Assembly: GCF_000143415.4 (NCBI RefSeq)
Contig: NW_003314279.1
Span: forward strand, 206,831-270,830
DNA length: 64,000 nucleotides
Origin: Selaginella moellendorffii
Taxonomy: Eukaryota > Plantae > Lycopodiophyta
Reading direction: 5' to 3'
Made by a program: the position numbers and the translations under genes. Below are positions 1 through 11,768 of the stretch, one piece after another. Under the pieces are notes generated by a model that worked only from the letters and a program-made list of their open reading frames with translations, was not told the DNA's origin and did not search any database. Each line of letters starts with the position of its first letter. The stretch's first letter is position 1.

Positions 1-535
1 CCGGTGTTTCGTATGTAAGTGTGCTGGTTTTAGCGAGGATCAAGCACTGATTTTCCCCATGCAGCGCTATTTCGGTGCAGCGATTGGCAAGGGGCGGCAA
101 GCTGCGAAAACGTAAGAAAGATTTCTCAAACAAGCACCGTGACTGTCGATCTAACTTTGCTTGTTGCATCTCACAGTGAGATCGAGAAGCTAAAGCTGTC
201 CGAGATGACTTGCAAAGAGGCTGTTTTCGCCGTTGCCAAGATGTAAGTTTTTTCGTTTCCTCCCTGTTGGATGGATTCTTTGAACTTGTGAAAACTAAAC
301 AGCATCTACGGAGTTCACGACGAAGCCAAGGACAAAGCCTTTGAACTGGAAATGAGCTGGATTTGCGACGAGTCGAACAAGGAGCACCAAAAGGTCTTGC
401 CATCGCACTCTCGCTACGTACTAGTCCCTCGTATTTTCTAATGCTTGTTTTGCTTTCCAGGTGCCTGCAAACCTCCTAGAAGAGGCCAAAGCCGCTGCCA
501 AAGCCGCACAAGAGGAAGATATGGATGCCGATTAA
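1..535 (+). CDS. PAG1: 20S proteasome subunit alpha type-3 (alpha7), 3' exons only; gene starts before the window
   Basis: Spliced exons read RYFGAAIGKGRQAAKT/EIEKLKLSEMTCKEAVFAVAKI/IYGVHDEAKDKAFELEMSWICDESNKEHQK/VPANLLEEAKAAAKAAQEEDMDAD*. Introns are GT-AG; stop TAA at 533-535. Confidence 0.95.
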
Positions 536-667
536 TATATCCTAGACTGACCAGTAGTAGCGACTGGAATCTCGATCACAGTGAGTAAAACGTTTGTTGC
601 CATTCAATCCCATCCAATTCAGCCAGGACAACAGACCTTTGCATTAAGAAACTACTCGGTTCTCCCA

Positions 668-837
668 GTACGGCCCGGAGAAACAATCACATTCTTTCGT
701 ACTTTGTGAGTGCTGAGAAAGTGGAAGTGCTCCAGTCGTACGTGTCGCAAGACGCCTGCTAGCATTCGTGTGTCGACACTCGCAAGGAATATAAACATGG
801 TGTTCCGTACACAGTATGGGGCCCAGGGCATGCGTAC
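668..837. promoter_or_regulatory. Cluster of five GTAC cores (SBP/SPL, copper-response-element-like) upstream of MTP exon 1a
   Basis: GTAC at 668, 699, 738, 807 and 834, each in CGTAC or GTACG context, within 170 bp. Confidence 0.5.
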
Positions 838-1099
838 GGCATGGCAGCGATCGCCCGGATTTGTAAGCTTGCGTTGCATGGGTTCCTTTAGTTTTTAGGT
901 AGGAGGGTTTTGTGCGCCCCTGGCTCGAAATATTCTCGTCATTCCATCGGAGTGATCGATCGAGATCGAGAGAGTGAGTGATCGATCGAGATCGATCGAG
1001 CGAGGGAGCGCGATCCTACTGTCGCGATCGATCAGGCGGCAGCGCTTTCTATTTGATTGCCGCCCATTGCCGCGCGTGAGAAGGCGATCGAGAAGGGGG

Positions 1100-1316
1100 A
1101 TGGACAATGTGCCCTTGCTCCAGGGATTCCAGGAGCGGCGCGAATGCTGTGGCCGATTCGGGAGCTGCAAGGTCGACAGCGGCGGCAATGGCGATCGCGA
1201 TATCGATCTGGAGCGGCAGCAGCACACGGTGATTTGCAAGCTTTCCAGGTTCCAATACTACGATATGCTCACGGAGGAGGCATTCGAGGACTCATCGTCG
1301 CCTCATCAAAATCACG
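1100..1316 (+). CDS. Candidate alternative first coding exon (1a) of the downstream MTP gene
   Basis: ATG 1100 gives MDNVPLL...KLSRFQYYDMLTEEAFEDSSSPHQNH. It ends at a phase-1 GTATGC donor (1317) compatible with the exon-2 acceptor at 2148, and resembles exon 1 of the paralogue at 13692 (MLNAPLL...[14 protein letters not shown]). Confidence 0.65.
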
Positions 1317-1356
1317 GTATGCCTTCCACTCCCTTTTCTTTCTATTTGCTTGTGTG

Positions 1357-1477
1357 GATGTTAGTTTCCTTTGATCGATCGATGTTAGTTTCCTTGCTGG
1401 ATTGTATAGAGTTCCCTTTGATCGATCGATGTTAGTTTCCTTGCTGGATTGTATGGAGTTCCCTTTGATCGATCGAT
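1357..1477. repeat. Tandem repeat, 47-bp unit, about 2.5 copies
   Basis: gatgttagtttccttgctggattgtat(a/g)gagttccctttgatcgatc at 1381 and 1428, plus a partial copy before. Confidence 0.85.
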
Positions 1478-1849
1478 ACCTCGGCATTGGAAATGCCGAG
1501 AAGTCAATTCCTTTGCAGATGTTTGCTTGGGATTCGTGCAGCGATCTCTCTATTCTTCCTTTTTTTTTATTTGTGGTTGCTATTTTTTTCGCTTGCATGG
1601 TGTTTGATACTGGCAAAGATGGTGGTGGTCCTATACAACAGCTTGGACAGCTGATTGAGGCCAGAACTGTATGTGTAGTCGAGGCTTTACCCACCCGTTG
1701 ACATTAGAGCTTGGAAGATTCATATTACTTTGAGAGGAAGGTTTAAGAAAAGGAAAACGAGAAGACTCAGATCCAACGGCGAGAAGCCTGGTACGTGGGT
1801 GACTCAGGGTAGAGGAAGGTTTGCTACAGTCTTAGCTTGCTTGCGAGAG

Positions 1850-3432
1850 ATGGAAGAGCAAGAGGTGGTGCTCGCGACGCCTCTGATGAAAACTAAGAGT
1901 GGGGAGGGATCGAGCAGAACATATAGTGGCGAGGGGTTCTCAGCTCTCAGGCAGCTTTCTGGAAAGTGGCAATTCAAGGTGGTCAGGTCCTATCACGAAA
2001 GGGCTTTTGACACGAGCATCGGCCATGGAGGTTTTTTTTTGCTTTGCCTGTTTTGAATGCTTCGGCGATCGCTCTGTTTGCGTGTTCTGACTGGTTTTGT
2101 TTTTGTTTCTTCGGTTTCTGATTTTTTCTTGTTTGTTTTATTGGCAGGAATCCGTGAGTATAACAAGAAGCAGCGCGAAGCGCTTGCTATGTTTGAAGAG
2201 GTTGACGCGCTGAGTCATCTGGGACAAGGACTGAGAGACGATGGTAAATCGAGTGCTGATCGGGAAGCTCTGGCTGTTAACTGCTCCAATCTGTGGAACG
2301 TCATACTTCTTGCTTTGAAGGTTTGCTTCTTTTAAAGGTTCAAGCATTTCAGTTCCTGCGTTTTTCTTCCAGGTATATGCAACAGTAGCAAGTGGTTCTC
2401 TGGCAATCGCGGCCTCGACACTAGATTCTCTCCTTGACTTGTTGGCTGGCGGCATTCTTTGGTTCACCCAATGGACAATGAAAAGGACGGACATTTACAA
2501 CTATCCCATCGGGAAGCTGAGAGTTCAACCTGTTGGGATTGTGGTTTTCGCGGCTGTTATGGCAACTCTTGGTACGTTTTTCTGTCGTTGTGAACTTGTA
2601 TTAAGAAGGTAATGCAATGCAGGCCTCCAGGTGCTTATAGAAGGCGTGAGACAGCTTCTCAACGGGAAGCCCGAAACTCACCTAGATATGTCACAGTCGA
2701 TATGGATGATAGCGATCATGGGAACAGCCATCGTCGTCAAGCTGGGACTCTTTCTGTACTGCCGGAGCTTCAAGGACGAGATAATTCTCGCGTATGCAAT
2801 GGTAACAAGTTATTTTTCCGCTGGTTTTCTCGGTACTTACGAGAATTCACCTCAACAGGATCACCAGTTCGACGTGATCACGAACGTGGTTGGCTTAGCG
2901 GCAGCTCTACTCGCTGATCGCTTCTACTGGTGGCTGGATCCCATTGGTGCTGTAGCTCTGGCGATCTACACCATTGTCAATTGGTCCAAGACGGTTTTCG
3001 AGAATGCAGGTAATTGCTCTCCTATGCTACTTCACAAAGGTTCATTTTCTTAGTTCATTCACAGTGTCGTTGATCGGAAAGTCGGCACCACCGGAAGTCC
3101 TCCAGAAGCTGACTTACATGGCTTTCAATCACCACCGTGACATCCAACACATTGACACGGTCCGCGCTTACACATTTGGAGCTCTCTTCTTCGTTGAGGT
3201 TGGTCTCTCCTTTCCTAGCGAAGATTATCTCGTCTCAAGATATCGTCTCCTTTCACAGGTTGATATCCAACTTCCAGAGACGATGCCACTGAAAGAAGCT
3301 CACGACATTGGCCAATCTCTGCAAGACAAGATCGAAGCTCTCGCAGAAGTAGAGCGTGCTTTCGTCCACCTCGATTTCGAGTGTACGCACAAACCAGAGC
3401 ACCAAAAGAGCCACTTCATCACAGACGTGTAA
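1850..3432 (+). CDS. Metal tolerance protein, Mn-CDF clade (MTP8/MTP4-like), multi-exon; exon 1b is 1850-2030
   Basis: [18 protein letters not shown] and DHQFDVITN give DxxxD motifs in TM2/TM5. Also [23 protein letters not shown] and [19 protein letters not shown]. Confidence 0.93.
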
Positions 3433-3541
3433 AATAGACAGAGGCGGTTCGGAGAAAGGAATCGAACCTGGAAATACAATAAAGTTTAATTATCCTGTTT
3501 CTAGGGTTAGGGCTCCTTGCGAGCAGAGGAAATTCCGGAGG

Positions 3542-6477
3542 ATGGGACGGAAGTCCGAGGCCAGATCGGCCGTGGCGGTGAAGGTATGGGAGATTTTGAG
3601 CTTAGAGCGAGCGGTGTGAGGAGCGATGAAGAATTCGGCGGATTCTGAGGTCCCCCAGTCGCCGCGCTTGAGCTGATCGAGCAAGGAATTCGTTGTGATG
3701 TGATCTTCGTTTTCGGTTTGTAGGAAGGGAATGCGGCACCCGGAGACGAAGATTACGAGCTGCTCTACTCCAAGGATTATGTTGCGATCCATCCGAGCTG
3801 GAACGAGAGAATCAATGGCCAGCTGCGGCTCATCAAGCAGGGATTCTCAGTTTTCATGGTAATTCTATCATAGAAATCGTGATCCGGGGGTCTAAGCTCT
3901 TCTCTCTTTTTTTTCATGCTTAGTCGTGGATGCCTTCCAGCGATCCAGGAAGGAAACAACGAGGGCCGAGTTTTGAGAGAGGTAAGCCAGTGACTTCTCA
4001 TACGATGCTCCTTTAAGTTGACTTTTCTCCCAGATAGAAGTTTGTACACTATCCGGGCTGTTGCTCTGGAAGAGATGAAGTCTATAAGACGGCACACGCC
4101 TCCTTTCGGCTGGCAGTACATCATCGTTGTTTTAAACAGTGGTATGTTACTTCTTCTTCCCTTAGATCTCTGTTGTGACTCATTTACGATGGCTGCAGGA
4201 CTGGCTTTTCCGCCCCTGTACTTTCACAATGGCGGTGTCCGTGAGTTTCTGGGAACTTTGCGGGAGTATTCGCAGCTTGGGAGGTTTGTAGACCTGTGTC
4301 TCCTTTCTACTGCGCACTCAAGTTGTTTGTGCAGGGCTGGTGACGATCCAAATGTGTATCTTGTGAATGACATCCAAGATCCATTGCAGGTTTGCCGTGC
4401 TGGTTTTCTTTGCTACAGTCGTTGATTATGTCTCCTGCAGAAAAGTCTTTCGTCATTGGAACTCGCAGATGTTCCTCGGGCGTCACTCATGCCAATATCC
4501 AGAGCCACGAAAACTGAGATTATGGAGGACAAGCCACAACGCTCAGAAGATGTTTCGACTAGCAATGACAATGTTCAACGACCTCCCAGGCATAGAGATC
4601 CGAACTTCTCTCTTCACGTTCTGGAAAAGTTTTCAATGGTTACAAAGTTCGCCCGTGACACTACCACCCAGCTCATGAATGGTCTAGAAACCTTGAACGT
4701 GGAAAACGCGAAGCGACCTAGCACGCTGACGATGGAAGCTGTGCCGGAGAGGATAGTTTCTTTTCAAGAAGCAGCAGCAACCTCAGAGGTTAGTTTCACT
4801 ATATTCCACCTTCATCCTCTATGTGTGGTGCTTCAAGTTTTTAATAGCTGCTTAAGCATATAGTGTTAACTTTCTGCAGCAAGGTGAGAATGGAGAAGCA
4901 TCCACTAACGTGGGCAGCTTTGAGCTTGTGGATGGCACTCAGGTACTCGACTTTAACTCTAAATGGTTTTCTAGAAATCCGTCCCTGTCCTGTGTAAAAG
5001 TGCCTTGTATTCTTCGGTTTCCTAACTTAGTCAATGCATGCAGGAGGATGAGCTGCCAGATATTATGGCGGCAAGAGAACCACCCTTGGGTAAATCGGAG
5101 GTATGTTTTATAATGTCATTCTTTTCATCCTGTATTCACTAGCTAGGTTCCAGTGGAATTCTTTTCTGGATGGCGAAGGACGTGTTACTGATCCAAACGA
5201 GTTGAAGAAGAGAATCTTTCGAGGAGGAGTAGAACCGTCTATGCGACCTTTGGTAGATATTGATTCCGCATTAGTTTCTCCAGTCGTTTGTTTTATTTCT
5301 TTTTGCAGGTTTGGAAGTTCTTGCTTGAGTTCTTCTCTTTTGATTCAACGTCTAAACAGAGAGATGCTCTGTTAGTGAAGAGAAGAGAAGAATACCGCGT
5401 TTTGAAGGCACAATGGCAGGTACCAAACGTTCTTTTTTGTTGGTCCTTTTTTCATAGACTTCTCTCTGGTCTCTTAGAGTGTCTCAATTGAGCAGGCAAA
5501 GCGGTTCAGCAAGTTCCGAGAACGCAAGAGTCGCATTGAGAAGGATGTGGTATGTCAATACGAATGGCGTGCAATGTAACCATCTTCTGTTACTCCTTGT
5601 ATAGGTACGAACTGATCGAGCAACAGAATTCTATGGTGGAGACGACAATCCCAACGTCGACATGCTCCGAGATATTCTAATCACCTATTCTTTTTACAAC
5701 TTTGATCTGGGCTACTGTCAGGTATGTAAGCACGTAGCACGAGCTGTTAAATAACCCACTGTTTTCTTACAGGGGATGAGCGATCTGCTATCACCAATTC
5801 TTTTTGTGATGCGAGACGAAGAGGAAGCATTCTGGAGCTTTGCTTCTCTCATGGAACGACTGGGTCCGAATTTCCACCGTGATCAAAATGGCATGCACTC
5901 TCAGCTTCTGGCTCTTTCGAAGGTACTCGCATCCTCTTCTCTCGGGGTTTTAATTTAGTTGTATGTGCAGTTGGTGCAGCTTCTAGATCCCCCACTGCAA
6001 GAATACTTCGGCCAAGTGGAGTGCTTGAACTACTTTTTCTGCTTCCGCTGGATACTGATACAATTCAAGAGGTGAACTTATGGTTTTTCCCGTTTGATCT
6101 AGCGTAACGTTTTCTTGTCCAGGGAGTTCGTGTATGACGACGTCCTGGCGCTCTGGGAGGTGCTTTGGACGAGACACATGTCAGAGCACTTCCACCTCTA
6201 CATCTGCGTCGCGCTGCTCAAGCGACACCGGAGGAAGATCATGGACGAGCACATGGTATTCGATACACTGCTCAAGTTCATCAACGAGCTGAGCGGCCAC
6301 ATCAACCTGGTGTCGACGCTGCACGGCGCGGAAACGCTGTGCAGGCTGGCTGGCGATGCCGGTGCCGCGTGCATACCTCCAGGAACGCCCCCGGCTCTGG
6401 CTCGCGACCCTGGTGCCGCGTGCATCATACCCCCAGGAACGCCCCCAGCTTTACTAGTAGCCCCCGCTCAGTCGTAA
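3542..6477 (+). CDS. TBC-domain Rab GTPase-activating protein (TBC1D15/17, Gyp7-like), multi-exon
   Basis: N-terminal YSKDYVAIHP and SIRRHTPPFGWQYIIVVL; TBC motifs IEKDVVRTDR, YCQGMSDLLSP, FCFRWILIQFKRE and LWEVLW. The ATG at 3542 with a donor at 3584 is my best reading of the start. Confidence 0.92.
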
Positions 6478-6597
6478 GTAGCTCGCTTGGCTCGGCTCGG
6501 CTCGACGAGAGATAGATTGCGAGGGAGAAGGGGTATGTAAATACATCGTCCGTCTTATACATGCGTTTTCCTTGTTTTTGTTTCAGCACAGATGTTT

Positions 6598-7691
6598 CTA
6601 AACAAGATCGTTGCATCCAGATTTGTCCCCGTAGCTCCTGGTATCGGTGGGACACTGGCAAGGGAAGCGAAAGAGAGAGCAAGAGTTTTTTTGCGAGAAA
6701 GCTTTGGAGCAACTTACCGTGAATTGCAGCGATGGTGGACACTTTCGGACGACGTCGTAGCAGAGATCGAAGCAGGGGTTGACGACGTAATCCGGCGACG
6801 TTCCTCCGTATCCCCAGATGAGGTCGGCCTTCATGCCGGCCTTGGGATTGGTGGTGGCGTTCTTCCTGGGTATGCTGAAGTGAAAGGGGTAAGGTATGCA
6901 TTTGGGGAACTGGATCGCACACATCTGGATCAAGGAAAAGAGAATGTGAAGAACACAAGGCTTTCGTTTCCGTTTGTTTTTTTCTTTCTTTACCCAGGTT
7001 GTGTATGCCGCGATGCAATCGTTGCAAGTCCATAGCGTGACGTCGCGGCAGTTCCCCAAAGAGAGAAGATCCTGCCATGGTTTTTCTCATTGTCAATGTC
7101 AGAGTTCCGTGTTTGTTACCTTGAGACGATCGACTTGGCACTTTGCGTAGTTGTCCTCCTTTTTGCCGACGGCCAAGCCGCCCAGTCCAGCGCCAATCTC
7201 ATTCCTGGTCTGGTAGGTAATTCCCAGCGGCGAGATCACATCTAAGAGAAGAAGAAGAAGGTGGTAAACGTTTTCTATGGCCCCCATTCGAGAGAGTTAC
7301 CCACTGTAGCAAAACCACGTCGGGTCCGTCGCCACGTTGGTCGTCTGGCAGCTCCAATAAGCAGTGTCACAGCTCTCCTGAATCAATCACGAATGAATCA
7401 ATCCGCCAGGGAGGGATCCAATCCAAACCAGGACCAGAGAAAAGAATCCAATCCACCTGCGTGTAGTCGTAAATGTAGTCCCCATTGCTATCTGTGACGG
7501 GCATAGCGGTGCACGGCGAGGTCGGACCAGTGCCGCAATCCGGCGAGAGGATCACCTGCGCAAGCTGCGCCTTGGCTAGCCCAAGAAGCGCTGTGTGTAG
7601 ATAGAATGGTATAGATTAGAATCGAGAAGAACCGACAGATTCTCTTACTCGAGAGCCCAGCCAGCAAAATCCAAGCCGCAGTAGCCCCCAT
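6598..7691 (-). CDS. Secreted cysteine-rich Mid1/NALF(FAM155)-like protein, about 237 aa, 7 exons
   Basis: Exons 7691-7649, 7590-7457, 7377-7305, 7241-7120, 7071-6994, 6924-6718 and 6654-6598 join in one frame through GT-AG introns. Signal peptide MGATAAWILLAGLSTLLGLAKA; 16 Cys; motif TCNDCIAAYTTWMCAIQFPKC...NPCFDLCYDVVRKCPPSLQFTCP...SY...CN. Confidence 0.8.
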
Positions 7692-7775
7692 TGTCCGCGA
7701 GGAAGAAGAAGCGGGGAATGTTTTGAAAGATCAAAGGGCGGTTGACCTAATAAAATTAACGGGTGGATCCTCTGC

Positions 7776-7806
7776 TACGTGTCCATCTAATTCTATGCCA
7801 CGTGTC
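7776..7806. promoter_or_regulatory. Paired ABRE/G-box elements upstream of the Mid1-like gene
   Basis: TACGTGTC (7776-7783) and GCCACGTGTC (7797-7806), 85-115 bp upstream of the ATG at 7691. Confidence 0.45.
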
Positions 7807-7907
7807 TTTTATAGCCGCCGTTTATGGGAAAAAAGAAGGGATTTTACATTGACAAAATCTTGCCTGCCTCGCTGGCCGGCTTGTTTTTTTTTCTTTTACT
7901 CTCTGTT

Positions 7908-10900
7908 TCACTGCGGCACATCGTTGCCAAATCTTTGAGCGAGGAATGCGTCTAAATCTTTGCCTGCGTTGCCTTGTGCTGGGTCGATTGGATCCGATGG
8001 GAGCCCACGGATGCAAGCTAGAATGTGGCTCACGTCGCGGTATAGCCTGGAAATAAAAAGACCATCAATCCAAGCGATCCAAGAACTATAATACCACCTT
8101 CGGTCTCCTTGAGGAGTCGATACTTCCAGGCTCGAGAACGTTTCCGTGAGTTGGGTGTGGAATATCAACACCACCCGGCTGAAAGAGAGACATCGAAGGT
8201 TAGATAGAACAGCCAAAGAGAAAAACTAAAGAGGATGGATACGTAACGAGAAAATGGAGCGAAGGTCGTCCTCGAGCAGTAGCGGCGACAGCACCCTGTG
8301 CAAGACTCCGACCTCCTTAGTGAGAGTCCGAGCAAACTGGCTGGGCTGTGCGTCTGCGTCGTCGGGAGCGGCTTTGTTCCATCCTTCCACGACCTGTGGT
8401 AGAATTCTTAGATGTACCTGGAGCCTCTCTTTCATGATTTGTACGAGCTTTGTGTGGATCTCTTCCCTGTGGACTTTATAATCCTGCGATAACAAAAAGA
8501 GTACTCGTGTTAGGAGATGAGGAGCCGAGCTCTACCTGAGCAATCCGATCCAGCTCGTTTAGCAACAAGGCCTTTCTCGGGTCCGGAATAAACACAGACA
8601 GTACTTTCTTCATCTCTACACAGAGAAAAACTTAGCGAGAGATTGACAACAGACATTATTGGTACGAACCAGGAATGAGCACGTGAAAAAAAGTGATCGT
8701 CTGGCTCGCCAGTGCCAAATGTTTGGCAGTGATGGATTTCAACCCCGAAACCTGCGTAAAAGAACTTGTCAACCTTGCTTCAATCGATCAAGTAAACTAC
8801 CTGAAGAGCGCCAGCTCCCAGTACTAGTTGGCAAGCACGAGAATTAAAGACCTTCAAAATTTCAGCAACACGATGAACCACCTCCGCTGCTAAGGCCGGC
8901 AGGGCGTTGCTCAACTCCACATACTCGGCAATCATTTTCAGAAGAATCAAGCCACTGCAGTTCAAGCAGAAAATTAGCTCGTGTCTACCACATCTTTCCA
9001 CGTACCTGTTTACCGTATGGTAGCCTATTTGCCCGATTCGAATCGTCTTTATAGACTTTTCCCGGAGCTTCTTATCCACGGTAGTCACTGTGCTGGAGTC
9101 CGTCTCCAACTTCTCATCATGTGGCGCAATACTGCCTCCATTTTCAACTGGTTGACACTCACCATTAGCCTCAGAATGACTCTCGGCTTCCCCATTCTCA
9201 AGCGAATCGTCAAAAATAAAAACTTTGTCGACGATTTCTTGAAACTCGTCAGGAATATCAACTGCAACCCACGTTTCTTGATCTAACACCGCGGTGATCT
9301 TGGTTATCTGGAACACATTATAGTGAGACATTTACATTTGTGGAAGTAGCTTACCCGAAGTATGTGCTGAGAATCAACAAAGGACTTGGACTGAGACTGC
9401 AGGGTGCCACGAATGCTGTATCCCAACCGACCTCCCACCTGAGAAAGGCAAGTTCGCAAGAACTTTACATGCTTCTTCAAAGTTTACCTTTTCAGTAGCA
9501 GCGATGAATTCCTGTGTCACGTCGTGAATGCTTACAAACTCTTGTAACCGTAGCTTTGGATGAACAGGTGCCCGAACACCAAGTAGCTTGACCCAGCGAC
9601 CATGGGCAGCATCGCATGCAGCCCACAGTGCTTCGGTGTTTTCGCGCAACACATCCGCTCTTGAAAGCAAAGGTTAGACGCCAGGCAGATTTCTCAATAA
9701 AAAAAGTACCTGAATTGCTTAGATATACTTGAAAGTTGAACCCCTCTTCCTCTTAAATTAAGAGGATCGCTATCTGTAACAATTTGCGCCAAGGATCCTT
9801 GCGGTTCTACTTCTTCTGCAGCTTCAGCAGCAGCGACGGCAGCGGCGACGGCAGCGGCACCAGAAGCAAATGCTGCGGCAACAGCTTCGGCGGCAGACGT
9901 TCCTTGTAGGCCGCTTACGATTTGCTCCACTAATTGTCGAATTTTGGCAGCTCTCACCAAGCGCGTCTGTGACGTCCATGTTAGGCAAACGGAAGGCTTA
10001 GAACTCCTCCAACCTGAATGATTTTGAATACTGCGACAAGGAGTTGTACGAAGGCATCCGGAGAAAGACTTCGCAATTTTGCAGCAAGGTTTAGTCCGGA
10101 AACTGCCACAAGAAAATAACTGGAACATCAGATGATGCATGAAGGTTATTTACGTACCATCTATTTCGGTTTGCTTCTCTGTTGCAGGAGAATCACCAGA
10201 AGACCGATTCAAAAGAATTGGAAGGCATTCAGCTACTACGGTTTTGATTGCAGACTTGACATCTGTGGTTAACGTGTCCTTGTAAACCTTCAAAACGGCG
10301 GGTAGCTTTGACTGCCATCGCACGTAAATCAAACATGAGCTTTTGCCATTAGAAACGATAGAACCTACTGTTCTCAATAGGCCGATTACAAATGGTACAA
10401 GCAGCTCGCGAAGGTTAGTTTCCTCCTCTTCGTTGACTTGCACCTGAGAAAATCGGTAAGCAATTTGACAGACTTCATATCAACAACTCACCTCTACAGA
10501 CATGCTGTAAAGCTTGTCTTTCATGTTAAGAGATGAGATAATCACTGAAGAGTCGAGATCTTTGGAGTTATGTATGGCAATTCTTACAAAATCAGCTGCT
10601 AGCATGCTGCCAAAGGAGAAGGTGTGAACGTCAACATCATAACTAACCCTTCAAGACCTTACTTGTTCACAGAATCCGTCGATGCTGCCAGTTGATCTCC
10701 CAGATGCCGGAAGCAATGCATTCCAGCAAGCTCATCGCCTTCCTACACCAAAGAAGTGAAGTCAATCGAAAGTGCTCGATAACCCTGCAGCACATACTCA
10801 CAAGCAATTGTTGCAGCTCGTCTATGACATCCAAGGCACCGCCACAATCTGCAGTAGCAACAAGCTGCTCAATAAGAAAACAAGATTAGACTTGCATTTG

Positions 10901-11768
10901 TCATCGACGTCTAAAGGCAAAAGGAGGGAGAGATCCTTACAATTCGTAGCGCAGAGACCGCTTGGTTGACGTAAGTCATGAGCTTCAGCTTGTCGTGCAG
11001 CGCTAGAACATTCTCCCTTTGCCGGCTGAGTGTGTGAACTTGGGTGGCAGAGCCCACGAGATCGTTCTCCAGCAAACGCACGGTCGACTTGAGCTCTTTC
11101 ATCTGCTGGCAGGCTTCCAGCATCCTCTCATTAAGATCCTCGAGCTGCTTCTGGGCCTCGAAGAACGACTCGGACCTGGCAGAGATCTCCTTGACAAGAT
11201 GAACTTCCACCACGTCCAGGTACTGCGTCAGCCTCTCCTGGAGCATTATATTCTGTGGGATGGTCGAGAAGGGACAGGCCGCCTGGAACGTCGATCCCCT
11301 CTCCAGCGCAAAGTCTTCGTCGAAGAACATGTTTGGGATCTCTCGAAGGCAAGCCGCGAGCCCTTCTCCTCCTTTAAGTCCCATTTCCCCGCTGGAAGAA
11401 GAAGAAGTGCTCGGCCCATCCTCCTCGAGAAAGAAATGCTCCTGGACATCCACGAAGCGGCTGTATGGCTCCGAGATGGATTCCACGTACGCCCGGAAAT
11501 CTGCCTCTGGGAGGAGGGATTTCGATGCCGGGGGAGCCGCGGCGTCGATGGAAGAGGAAGGATCGGCCGAGAAGATCCAGCTGCTCCACGACGAATCCGA
11601 GCCGGAGTGGTGTGGATTGTTGAGAATGGAGGCGAGGCTCTGGCCGGCGCTGTAAGTGCTGGGATCAAACTCGGGAGTGAGCCTGCTCGAGAATCTCCCA
11701 TGCGTGGAAAAGCTCTTGTTGCGCCTGCTGCCACTGCCGCCAAGAGATTTCGGCCGTGGCGACTCCAT
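7908..11768 (-). CDS. VPS54: Vacuolar protein sorting 54 (GARP complex subunit), multi-exon
   Basis: QSLASILNNP, LQERLTQYLDVVEVHLVKEISARSESFFEA, AVLDQETWVAVDIPDEFQ, FNSRACQLVLGAGALQ, DYKVHREEIHTKLVQIMKERL. Confidence 0.95.

Noticed and set aside
1357-1477. CRISPR-like appearance of the 47-51 bp repeats here, at 52490 and at 55935
   Set aside because: Head-to-tail units without unique spacers, no cas genes, eukaryotic context.
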